DNA from: Octopus sinensis
Lineage: Eukaryota
Length of the DNA: 64,000 bases
Assembly: GCF_006345805.1 (NCBI RefSeq)
Contig: NC_043011.1
Location: forward strand, 5,890,001 to 5,954,000
Direction: 5' to 3'
The position numbers were made by a program, and so were the translations under genes. Below are positions 13,690-25,289 of the stretch, one piece after another. Below the pieces are notes generated by a model. That model worked only from the letters and a program-made list of their open reading frames with translations. It was not told the origin of the DNA and did not search any database. Numbering within the stretch: position 1 is the first letter of the stretch; each line of letters begins with the position of its first letter.

Positions 13690-14075
13690 GGTACAGGTGT
13701 GGCTATGTGGTAAGACTCTTGCTTCCCAACCATAAGGTTCCAGGTTCAGTCCCGCTGCATGGCACCTTGGGCAAATGTGTTCTACTAAGGCCTTGGGCCA
13801 ACCAAAGCCCTGTGAGTGGATTTGGTAGACAGAAACTGAAAGAAGCCTGTCGTATGTGTGTATGTTTGTTCTCCATAATTACCTGACAACCGGTGTTGGT
13901 GTGTTTACATCACCATAACTTAACACTTCAGCAAAAGAGACCGATAGAATAAGCACCAGTCTTTAAAAAAAAAGTCCTGAGCTCAATTCATTCGATTATA
14001 ATTAACCCTTCAAGGCAGAGTGCTCCAGCATGGTCACAGTCTAATGACTGAAAACAAGCAAAAGAATTAAAGAGA
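13690..14075 (+). mobile_element. SINE family A (diverged)
   Basis: Family A head and tail. Confidence 0.75.
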
Positions 14076-14258
14076 AGTTTTCGGCTGAAACTAAAGAGAC
14101 AGACATTGTACAAACCGTTTCTCCACCCCCCCCCATCCTTATCTTACCTCTACCTGTGAGATGTGGGGGAGGGGGACCAGAAAGATAAAAATGTATTTTA
14201 GTTGATTATTCCGTTTACACATTCTATTTTCAGGAATGTTGCAATAAGTGAGAGAGAG

Positions 14259-14306
<48 letters not shown>

Positions 14307-15179
14307 AAAGATTTGGCTAACTGTTTAAGCTCTCTCAGAAGATATTCCAACGTTTAAGATTCCAGGTAAATCTTTCTGCATCCAAATTCCAAAGTTGAGT
14401 AACAAAATATTATTTGCTCTCCAGTTTTCTTGTGGCATTACCATATTTATATTCTATTTTTCGTTTCAGTCATTAGACTGTGGCCATGCTGGGGTACACC
14501 ACCTTGGAGAATGTTTAGTCAAACAAATTGGCCCCAGGACTTATTTTTGCAAGCCTGGTACATATTCTATCAGTCTCTTTTGCTGGACTGCTAAGTTCTA
14601 AGATGGTGTAAAAGACACATATGCATATTAGACATACCCCAATCCTCTGCAACACATATTCATGAAAAATCGTTTTTGAGGCATTGAAGTTTGTTATATT
14701 GGCCCATCTTCACATGTAGGACCAGGGGGGAGTGATTTTGGGGGGACATCGATGGGGGGGGCTCCTTTATACCACTAAACTCTATATATATTTGAATAAT
14801 GGACAGAGTGTACATCCAAGTCTAGAATAAAATGAGTGAAGTTGTAATTTATGATTTTATAATACAAAAAAAAAATAGAAAAACTTAAATTCAAGGGAAA
14901 TTTAGCAGGATGGTCATTCGCCCTCTGACCTTCATTGATGCTGCATCAAAGAAAGCAAAGAACAAAAAAAAGAAAAAAGGGGGAAAAAAAACACCCAACA
15001 CCAGAGCTGAAGACACCTCTGAAAGGTGGTGGGGGGCTCCATCTCAAAGATGGTAGAGGAGTAGGGGCCGAAACTGGATGCAGTTCCTCCTGATGATATC
15101 CTTAGCCATTGGATCTTATAAAGGAGCTGTTGAGGTAGTGAACCACGAAACGTGGATGAAATTCCTCCTTTTTTATCCT

Positions 15180-15585
15180 AGTGTGGTAAGAAGCTTGTTT
15201 TCCCAACCACATGGACCTGGGTTCAGTCCCACTCCGTGGCACCTTGGACAAGTGTCTTCTACTACAGCTTCAGATAGACCAAAGGCTTGTGAATGGATTT
15301 GGTAGACGGAAACTGAAAGAAACCTATCATATGTGTGTGTGTATGTGTGTGTGTGTGTGTGTGTGTGCACGCATGCGCGTGCGTGTGTGTGTCTGTATTT
15401 GTCTCCCACAATCGCTCAACAACTGATGTTGGTCTGCTTACGTCCCTGCAACCTAGCGGTTTAGCAAAACAGACCGATAGAGCTGCCAAAGAATAAGTCC
15501 TGGGGTCGAATTGTTCGACTAAAGACAGTGCTCCAGCATGGCCACAGCCACATGACTGAAACAAGTAAAATAATAAAAGAATATG
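15180..15585 (+). mobile_element. SINE family A (diverged)
   Basis: Family A head and tail. Confidence 0.75.
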
Positions 15586-16955
15586 TAAGCGTCGGTGAAG
15601 ATCCTGATCACCTAAACTCAACCAACATAAAATATTGGCATCATATTTGGGCAAAAGGGACCAACAATTTGAGGGGAGGGGTTAAGTCTTCCCTATTTTA
15701 TCAACCCTAAAAGACGAAGGCAAAGTCAACTGCAGCAGCCTTTGAACACAGAACGTACTATCGGAAGAAATGCTGCCAAGCATCGTTCCCAGCACAGTAG
15801 CAACTCAGCCAGCTCATCACCTTCAACCAGCATAAAACTTTATTAAGCTCTGCCTTTGTATTGAGTATTCATTTTTCTGACAGTTAGGGGACTTTCCCCT
15901 TTTATAGAGGAGGCACCAGCACTTTCTGTCGCACGTGCGTGTATATATATATATATACACAGGACGGAACTTCTACCTACCAAATCTACTTGCAAGACTT
16001 TGGTTGGCCTGAAGCTGTTGTAGAAGACACATTGCGAAAGGTGCCACACAGTGGGACTGAACCAGGAACCATGTGGTTGGGAAGCGAGCTTCTTACCCCT
16101 ATTTATTTATTATTGAAATTGAAACCCGAGTCACATGATATACTGTTTCAGTTTCAATAATGAAAAAAAAACACAACTTCCTCCACATGTATTGAGTACT
16201 TCTTTCTCGTTCGTCTGGCATAAACCAATGTACGTGTGTGTGTGTGTGTAATGTTTATGATTTTAAAGGCAACACTAAAATTTATAGCAATTCAACAATG
16301 TTTTCAATGATATTTATCATCATTTTTCTTGATCGCATCAATTCTAAATAAAACTTCTGTCTTTAGTTAGTAGCATCACTACAATGGCAGGATTAGAAGC
16401 GTGATGTACATTTAGATCTTGTACAATATTTTGTTATGTACGACTCTTTGTGTTCAGAGTTCGAATCCAGCCAGGTGGGACTTTCCCTTTCATTCATCCA
16501 CCAGAGACAATAAAACAAAGGATCAGGGAAATATTGGGGTAAATTTAATTGAATATAAATCTCCCTTATGTATTGCTTCGTCATTACTTGTAAGCGTGTA
16601 GGACTGAATAGCTTGTACCAGGGACTTGGTAATTGTTTAAGAAGACAAAGGCGCCCTTTTCGGCATTCACATCAATGAACCCAGCGGATCATTGAAGATG
16701 TGATAGGTGGAGGGAGAAAAACGGTCTGCTCCTGCACTAGGAGTCTACTCATTTACAGCTGAATAGCCTGGAGCAACACACAATAAAATGCTTTGCTCAA
16801 GAGCACAATGCATAATACAAATAATTGTTTTATGGTATTCACTTTTGTCTGAGTTATGGAACCCAATCATTTCACAGGATACGTTTCACATTCAGATATG
16901 ACGAAGGGATGCGTTGAAAAAATAAAAAATTAAATTGAGAACCATTACATTAGAT

Positions 16956-17167
16956 CAGTGGTTTTCAACCAGGGTTCCGCGGAACCTCCACCATTACAGT
17001 CCAGGGGTTCCACAAGAAGTTACAAAACTGCTAAAATCGGCAGTAATTTTTAATTCTCCTGTGCAGATATGTGAGCATAAGACTATTAAATTATTGCACA
17101 GGGGTTCCTCGAGCCAGTGGAATGTTTCCTTGGGGTTCCGCTCCAGCAAAAAGTTTGAAAAGCACTG
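16956..17167. mobile_element. hAT-type MITE (212 bp)
   Basis: TIRs CAGTGGTTTTCAAC / TTTGAAAAGCACTG. Perfect 8-bp TSD CATTAGAT (16948-16955, 17168-17175). Confidence 0.9.
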
Positions 17168-19624
17168 CATTAGATCATAGATCTGCTCGCCCAGGGTTGA
17201 CCTGGGGTTAAACAACAGCACCAACCCCAGCTTCTCACCTTCTGTTGTAATCACTGTTTCAAGCACTTCCCGTTTCTTTATCTCTCAGCTCAAAGATAAA
17301 ATAAATACTTGACGAAGGCGAGGTACGGTGGTGGAGCAGAGAAAAGGGATAGCGAGGGAGCTAGCCCCCCCCCCCGCATTATCGCCCTCTTCCTCCTATT
17401 AAGACACTAATCAAACAGCGACGACCTTATAGAAAGTGTTTCACGAGATTCTATTATCAAAAGCTCACAGAATCTTTGTTTCTTTCTAACCTTTTCAAGG
17501 AGAGAAACAATTTCCTGTCGTTAATCTACTCAGAAAGTCGAAACTGGAGAATTTAATCCTCCCAGCGTAACCCTAACATTCCACATGTTGATGGATTGTC
17601 GGTGTTGAGGCCCCTAAATCAGTCCTAATCAAGTAGCTCGTAGACATTAAGGGGAACAGGGGGCCTCTATGTGATTGCTTGACATGCTAGAAACAGCAGC
17701 CAAAACTTTCAGAAGTCAAAACTTGACAAAAAAAAAAATGAAAGAAAAGAACGGTCATATTTAACGATATAATCTGAAGCGAACTGAATGGAAGCACGGG
17801 ATGGTCACGGCTAGACTGTATTTGATCAGAGGTCGGCCCATTCGGAATTTACATCGAAACTGAAAGGGGGTTTACGTCGTGGAAGATCATTTTGGAGCGT
17901 AATTCAAGTTGTGAAACGAACTCGCAATTTCAAACAAACATAAAAAGAAAAACAAACATGTATGGAGCACTCCTCTCCCATTCAACCCCGACATAAAATC
18001 CAACGTACATACACGTCTTTATGCACACACACACAGACACACACAGTAAAGTGTGACCACCGCCTGTCTCTGTAACACTTTGATTTCTGTCATTCGGCTA
18101 AATGTCAGTTGTCACTTCGGTGTTATTTTATTTCTGAAATGTTTTGTAGTCACTTTTCGGTTGGTCTGACACTGAGCAGAAAATGGACAGCTCATGTTAT
18201 GACATTTTGTAGCACACACACACACACACACACAGACAGACAGACAGAGGCTTACTTTTGTAGTTTAGAAGTTTGCCTCGGCACCACCTACCCAGAGATT
18301 CAGTACCATTACATTGGACGATATTGATGGGTGTCTTTGAGTAACGATAGCATGCAGATCAATATCTTGTGAGTGAAATCAGTAAATGGAAACTAGAAGA
18401 AATCTGGGCGATCTTTCGGTACAAGTACCATAACTGCCAATTATAAACCCACGTGGGTTTATTTACATTTCTGAAGAAAAAAAGAAACCTTTTCCCCCAC
18501 CCCTAACCTCCCACATATAAAAAAAAACTATGTGCCGATCTTCAAATGTAAACAGACTTGGCAGTTATGGTACTTGTACCGAAAGATCGCCGAAATCTGT
18601 CATGTATATGTGTGTGTGTGTGTGTGAGGGAGGGAGTTCCTATTTCACCTTGTCTTAAAAGGCGTCCATGTTGATTGTAAACAAAAAACCTTAGAGTTCC
18701 TGCAGACAGTGTCACTTGCAGTCCCCTGCAATGATGGGTCCAAGCAGTTGTTGTTTGGCAGATTGGCGGGGAAGGGGAGGAAATTACCTTGTTTGGACTG
18801 GACACAAGTGAGGGTTGGTGCCAGGAAGAGCATCCAGCTGTAGATAACTCTGCTGCAACAGTCTCGTTTTAAACCTTTGCAAAGCATGGAAACGATAACA
18901 AAAACAACACACATACTTGTAAACTGATCTCGTTCAATACTTCTACGATGGTTACTTCTGACATGTCTACAATCCAAAATTGTTACGTTTTATACGTATC
19001 TCTGAGCATTTTATAATAATAATAATAAAACATTGTGTACAGTGCTCAGGTGCACTACAACTCATCTAAAGTGTATGTATAGTACATAGGGTAATGTACA
19101 AGCGTCAGGAAAAGAACAGTGCATGAGTCATGACCTACACATATGTGTATGAGTATGGAAGGGGGACAACCAGGTGTAGTTTCGGCGGATTTCGGAAAGC
19201 ATGAGGGCCTTATAGGATGCAGTGTCATGGCAGTCAACAACTGAGGCAGGCAGTTTGTTCCATGCTTCAGCAACTCTGAGATCTTGGTCGTGTAATTTTT
19301 GACATCATGCAATTCAGTCACTGTTTGTAAGATCATTATCATCATCATCATCATCTAACACACATTTTCCATGCTGGCATGGGTTGGACAGTTTGAGAGG
19401 CGCTGGCAATCTAGACAGCCGCACCAGGCTCCAATTCTCTATTTCAGCATGGTTGCTATGGCTGGATGCCCTTCCTCATGCCAACCACTCCAAGAGTGTG
19501 GACTGTGTTCTTTTATGTAGCACTAACAAAAGAGATTTTTACAGGATGCCACCATGGGTTCTTTTTACTAAATCTTCTTATAAATAACCACTTGCATTTT
19601 ATTTTATTTTACACATGCATAGAC

Positions 19625-19702
<78 letters not shown>

Positions 19703-19893
19703 AGATAGATAGATAGATAGATAGATATAGATAGATAGATATAGATAGATAGATATAGATAGATATATATATATATATAGATATATATATATATATATAG
19801 AGATATATATATATATATAGATAGATATATATAGATAGATATATATATATATATAGATAGATATATATATAGATAGATATATATATATATAGA
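19625..19893. repeat. (TA)/(TAGA) compound microsatellite
   Basis: Direct reading. Confidence 0.95.
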
Positions 19894-20102
19894 TATTATG
19901 TGAAATAGAAAGATGAATAATCTTGTAGTAGATTAATCAAAAGTTTAACCGATACCTTAGTAGCAAAAATCACAGCAGTAAACAGCACGGTTGGAGGTAC
20001 AACCATCTGGCGTTGCAACCGTGCGTTGGTGCGGATAATTGAAATTAAAACATTATTGGTGAATTGAAGAAATGGAGCTGAACGCAGATTGAACAGAAAT
20101 CG

Positions 20103-20200
20103 TTTTATTTCATTCTACACGTGTTTCGAAAGGCACAAATTACCAAAATCCGATTGAATAATGGGACCATATTGTGTCTTTCTCTTCAGGAAGAAAAAAG
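20103..20200 (-). ncRNA. Type I hammerhead ribozyme in the Penelope-like 3' region
   Basis: Minus strand: UUUUUCUUC-CUGAAGA(20189-20183)-GAAAGACACAA...UUGUGCCUUUC-GAAA(20127-20124)-C-ACGU-G-UA^GAAUGAAA. Stem II has 10 of 11 pairs, stem III has a palindromic ACGU loop, stem I has about 7 bp with one bulge. Predicted cleavage is between 20116 and 20115. Confidence 0.85.
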
Positions 20201-20789
20201 GAAATCCGCTGGAAAAACAAAAACAGAACAGAGGCGGAGCAAAAGCAAATCGAACTATGCTCCTAAGAGCCCATGGCGAAACTGTTTATCAGTGTATGTT
20301 GAGAACCGGTGGCTGAAGAATTCAACGGGTCAGGCATCGGTCAATCATGTGGGTGAGGGTGTATAGATGTTCTTTGTGACCGAGCATAAAGTTCTGACTA
20401 TTTAAGGAATATTGGATGTTTTATAAGGGGCGAGAAAAAATCTACTTAGAGACGTGTGTGTGTGTATACTGTTCTATATATGTGTGTGTTGGCGTGGGGG
20501 TAGAAAACATTTTTTGTGTACGTGTGTGCGTTTGATCGTTCGGCTGTCAGTGGCTACTGCCGTGATAACCGTTGGGTGGCAGAAAGAAAAAAATATATAT
20601 ATATTATGTTTTATGTGTGTGTGTGTTCATCTAAGCCTGCCTTGTCACGGAAACCCCCCGCTGTGAAAAAACCAAGCCCCGTTTGTCTTACAGGAGTAAT
20701 TCCCCTTGCAGTGGTTAATCGTAGATATCTTAAAGGCTATTTCAGAATTTGTTACCAAGGGCTATGGGTGCCGGTATTATTTATAAACG

Positions 20790-22961
20790 CTATTTAAAAG
20801 CCAGATAAGTGTAACGCCGCCAATGGGGGCATCGAAAAGCCGACTGTAAGAGCCCGTTTACCATCCGGCCTCTGGCAAACAAAATATGGAAGAGTTCGGA
20901 GACACAAAGGTTGCACTGTCTTCTGCCCCTATCAAATGGGAGGGCCACCGACAAAATTGACCATTCCAGCCTATAGCTTAAGTTCGTATCCTTCAGTCGC
21001 CATATTAGCTTACTGAGTCCCGTGGTCTGGCGCTTGTTCACGTCCCGAAAAGTTGCGTAATGGTTGGAGACACGCAAAGACAATCTTGAGGATGATGCCC
21101 CTACATAAGTGAAGACATCTGAGTCCGTGTAAACCTTGCATTGGTAGACGGCGTTTTTGATCTTGGAGTTCGCCGACGTGAATCTTAATCTGCTAGGATT
21201 AGTTTCTGAAATTAGAACTGCGTTCCTGTCACTATATTCGTTCCGAGACCTGCAGCCGCTTACTACCCTATTTTCCACTACGTCACTATTAACTATAGGA
21301 ATAACCCCTGATTCTCCACTATCTATCAGAGTGCTGTCATTGCTACTGCCCGTGGTGCTGCTATTGCGGGAAATGATGCTGGGGATGCTATTGGGGCTCT
21401 CTACCCTACTCCCATTGTTACCGTCAACCACAACACCCCTATTTATAACTATACCCCTAGTGGGTACTCCCTGGCTGGAGCTGAGATTATGTGTCACTGT
21501 ACTGGCTCTCATATCATTATTACTACTATAATTATTCCTACTGAGCATTAAACCGGGAGCGGAAGAGGCTGTGCCTCCGGAAAAAGGTGATAGGGTCTTA
21601 GTAAGTAGCCTATTATTATGGGAGGCGATTATCTGGGCGAGGTTTTTAGTGTTGGAGAAAGCTATCCTAACTTTATGCGAGTTAACCGTGGAGTAATATT
21701 TGGAATTTCTGGGGAAGTTATTGGCGATGGCTTGTCTAAACATGAGGGGGAGGTTAGTTCTAATCTGCTTACCAAAGGGGATTACAAACCATATATGCTT
21801 ATTCCTATCAGTGTGATGGGTCGGGACGCCAGCTCTCGCATTCGGGTGGGTGATTCTCGGATGAATAACGGGTCTTGGGTTAGTGTAAGACCTCCCGGAC
21901 CGATAATTATCCTTGTTCGCTAAATTAAATGCGGGAGCGACTACCCCGGCATCCGCCGCGCTCCCGTCCTTACTTAAAATGTTAATGTTATTATATACGG
22001 CCCTATCCTGATGACCGAATGATGGCATCGGAAGGGCCGGATCAATATAAATTACCTTCTGCCTATAACCGGCCTTGGATAGTGCGGCGTTATAAAATTC
22101 CGCTTTCTGCATAAAAATATCGGCACTGGCGGACAAGCCAGACAATCTTAGAGAGATGTTTTTAACCAAATTGTCTGTTACGGTTTTGGCATGATTTGAG
22201 AAGACACTGACATACTTCAAATTAGTGGAAGGCTTATGGTAAGGGCAGTATGAGTCGCTATTAAGGTTAAGTGTAACGTCTAGGAAATTAGCCTTGGTGA
22301 GTTCATTATCAAAAACTATACTCATGCCCATTCTATTAAAAAACCTAGCTAACCTGCTCTTAGTTTTCTGCACTATTCTGTTCGTGGTGTTTTGCAGGTA
22401 AAACAGACAATCGTCACGATACAGGCCGCCCGCGATCTCCGGGAATTGGTCGGACAATTCGTAGAGAATATATATTCCGACCAAATCGGCTATCTGCGCA
22501 CTATCCGAACTACCCATAGGCACATCAAATTCATTGGGAGTATCTTTACGGATCCACAACTTATTATCAAACTTAATAAACGATTTCCTGGCAACTAAAA
22601 TGATATCTATCTCTTCTCTGGTGAGGCCAGCCTTGTTGTGAGCATGCCAGAGGGCCTTATTTAGCACACTAGGGTTAATCGAGGGGTAGAAGCTGGCGAT
22701 ATCAAACTGAATGAACCTAGTACGGTTCTTATTGGGGATGGAAGAGAACCACTTCACTACCTGCGAGGAGTTGGCCCAGAGGCTGAGCTTCAGCTTGTTT
22801 ACTAAACTAGGGATATATTTATCTAAAATGTACTTACTGATTATCCCGATATCAGATCTAGCAGGGCATATGAGTCTTAGCGCTGGGTTGGTGTGGAAGT
22901 TAGGTTTATGGTCCTTCACTATAAATCTGGGTTGCTTGGGGCTAAGCGGCTGAGTTCTCAT
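20790..22961 (-). CDS. Penelope-like element ORF: reverse transcriptase + C-terminal GIY-YIG endonuclease (N-terminally truncated, 723 aa uninterrupted)
   Basis: RT motifs KDHKPNF..LRLICPARSDIGIISK, QFDIASFYPSI, VPMGSSDS, GLYRDD, NFLDVTL, YVSVFSNH. Endonuclease motifs NAVYQCKV..TYVGASS, RVSNH, GLSKLIWRLK, CNLCVSE, MVNG..CPH. The frame is also open upstream of the ATG ([12 protein letters not shown]) into the microsatellite. Confidence 0.93.
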   Translation of the reverse strand: MRTQPLSPKQPRFIVKDHKPNFHTNPALRLICPARSDIGIISKYILDKYIPSLVNKLKLSLWANSSQVVKWFSSIPNKNRTRFIQFDIASFYPSINPSVLNKALWHAHNKAGLTREEIDIILVARKSFIKFDNKLWIRKDTPNEFDVPMGSSDSAQIADLVGIYILYELSDQFPEIAGGLYRDDCLFYLQNTTNRIVQKTKSRLARFFNRMGMSIVFDNELTKANFLDVTLNLNSDSYCPYHKPSTNLKYVSVFSNHAKTVTDNLVKNISLRLSGLSASADIFMQKAEFYNAALSKAGYRQKVIYIDPALPMPSFGHQDRAVYNNINILSKDGSAADAGVVAPAFNLANKDNYRSGRSYTNPRPVIHPRITHPNARAGVPTHHTDRNKHIWFVIPFGKQIRTNLPLMFRQAIANNFPRNSKYYSTVNSHKVRIAFSNTKNLAQIIASHNNRLLTKTLSPFSGGTASSAPGLMLSRNNYSSNNDMRASTVTHNLSSSQGVPTRGIVINRGVVVDGNNGSRVESPNSIPSIISRNSSTTGSSNDSTLIDSGESGVIPIVNSDVVENRVVSGCRSRNEYSDRNAVLISETNPSRLRFTSANSKIKNAVYQCKVYTDSDVFTYVGASSSRLSLRVSNHYATFRDVNKRQTTGLSKLIWRLKDTNLSYRLEWSILSVALPFDRGRRQCNLCVSELFHILFARGRMVNGLLQSAFRCPHWRRYTYLAFK

Positions 22962-22996
22962 TTGAATTTGGTGTTTAAATATTATTTCCTTAATAT

Positions 22997-23183
22997 AGAT
23001 ATATATATATATATAGATAGATATATATAGATATATATATATATATAGATAGATATATATATATTATATATATATATATAGATATATATATATATATATA
23101 TATAGATATATATATATATATAATATATATAGATAGATATATATATATATATATATATGATATAAATATAGATAGATAGATAT

Positions 23184-23214
<31 letters not shown>

Positions 23215-23853
23215 TAAATATAGATAGATAGATATATAGATATATATATAAATATAGATAGATAGATATATAGATATATATAAATATAGATAGATAGATA
23301 TATAGATATATATATAATATAGATAGATAGATATATAGATATATATATAATATAGATAATAGATATATATAAATATAGATAGATAGATATATAGATATAT
23401 ATAAATATAGATAGATAGATATATATATAAATATAGATAGATAGATAGATAGATAGATATATATATAATATATATAGATAGATATATATAGATATATATA
23501 TAAATATAGATAGATAGATATATATATAAATATAGATAGATAGATTATAGATATATATATAAATATAGATAGATAGATATATATATAAATATAGATAGAT
23601 ATATAGATATATATATAAATATAGATAGATAGATATATATATAAATATAGATAGATAGATAGATAGATATATAAATATAGATAGATAGATATATAGATAT
23701 ATATATAAATATAGATAGATAGATATATATATAAATATAGATAGATAGATATATAGATATATAATAAATATAGATAGATAGATAATAGATAGATAGATAG
23801 ATATAAATATAGATAGATAGATATATAGATATATATATAATATATATAGATAG

Positions 23854-23884
<31 letters not shown>

Positions 23885-24081
23885 TAGATATATATTATAA
23901 ATATAGATAGATAGATATATATAAATATAGATAGATAGATAGATAGATATATATATAAATATAGATAGATAGATATATAGATATATATATAAATATAGAT
24001 AGATAGATATATATATAAATATAGATAGATAGATATATAGATATATATTATAAATATAGATATATAGATAGATATATAAAT

Positions 24082-24116
<35 letters not shown>

Positions 24117-24172
24117 TAATATAGATAGATAGATATATAGATATATATATAAATATAGATATATATATCATC
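22997..24172. repeat. About 1.2-kb compound (TA)/(TAGA) microsatellite with recurring AAATATAGATAGATAG units
   Basis: Direct reading. Confidence 0.95.
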
Positions 24173-24207
24173 ATTGATGATGATATATATATATATACAT
24201 GTATAGT

Positions 24208-24588
24208 GGAGGTGCAGTGGTCCAGTGGTTAAGGCAGTAGACTAGCGGCCATGGGATTGCGGTTTCGATTCCAAGACTGGGTGTTGTGTTTATTGAGTGA
24301 AAACACCTAAAGCTCCACAAGGCTCCGGCAGGGGATGCTGGCGAACCTTGCTGTACTCTTTCACCACAATTTCTTCTCATTCTTTCTTCCTGTTTCTGTT
24401 GTACCTGTATTTCAAAGGGACCAGTCTTGTCACACTCTGTGTCACGCTGAATCTCCCAGAGAACTATGTTAAGGGTACACATGTCCGTGGAGTGCTCAGC
24501 CACTTGCACGTTAATTTCACAAGCAGGCTGTTCCATTGATTGGATCAACTGGAACCCTCAGCATCGTAACCAACGGAGTGCTATGATA
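24208..24588 (+). mobile_element. tRNA-headed SINE family C
   Basis: Head GGTCCAGTGGTTAAGG...GGTTTCGATTCC. The body/tail recurs at 63660-63978 (+), about 35000-35285 (-) and about 39535-39725 (+). Confidence 0.8.
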
Positions 24589-25060
24589 CATGTATATATG
24601 CACACACATGTGAATGTATGTTTCAAGCAAGTTGAAACAATGCAGTGAGGGCCACCATCCCCTGCTGTAATTTTAATATAATCCCAACAGATTGTTGTTG
24701 AACCTCCCTAACTAGGTTGCAGACTTCATCCACCGCCCAGTTTAACAATGCCACAACCTGATCCTTGAATGCATTTAATGGCGCCAGCTTCATTGCAAGA
24801 ATTTTGAAGCACAAACACTCTGAAAAAATAAGGAGTTAAAAGATGTTACCTTTCCATCCCATACTAAGGGACAAAGAAGCCATTCTTCATTAAGTAACCA
24901 CGTGATTATAAGCGTTCCAATCATGACCACCCCATTGGATTTTTTCAGCAGTGTTCCCCAGATTACATTCTCCAACACATGTTGCAAAACTTGAAGAGAT
25001 CCAAGTTTTTCTGAAGAAGTTTTAGTTCAGACCAAGGCCAGACTTGATGGGGGAAACCTA

Positions 25061-25289
25061 TTTCTTTACTACCCACAAGGGGCTAAACACAGAGAGGACA
25101 AACAAGGACAGACAAAGGGATTAAGTCGATTACATCGACCCCAGTGCATAACTGGTACTTAATTTATCGACCCCGGAAGGGTGAAAGGCAAAGTCGACCT
25201 CGGCGGAATTTGAACTCTGAACGTAATGGCAGACGAAATACGGCTAAGCACTTCGCCCAGCGTGCTAACGATTCTGCCAGCTCGCCGCC
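25061..25289 (-). mobile_element. Full-length SINE family B
   Basis: TSD TGATGG(G/A)GGAAACCTA on both sides. Confidence 0.85.

Larger units (their letters stand above)
19894..22996 (-). mobile_element. Penelope-like retroelement, 5'-truncated, with about 0.9 kb 3' region, embedded in (TA/TAGA)n
   Basis: Complex, CpG-containing sequence starts abruptly at 19894 and ends at 22996. Both sides are TA/TAGA microsatellite. Contains the RT-EN ORF and a hammerhead. Confidence 0.88.

Noticed and set aside
15012-15030. CTGAAGA...GAAA near 15012
   Set aside because: No stem II or stem III pairing, so a chance match.
21157-22953. Plus-strand ORFs overlapping the Penelope ORF
   Set aside because: Antisense shadows of a GC-richer coding strand with no recognisable motifs.
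23545-24174. 209-aa I/Y/S/L ORF, and similar ORFs at 26531-27027, 42317-42838 and 52986-53567
   Set aside because: Microsatellite translations.
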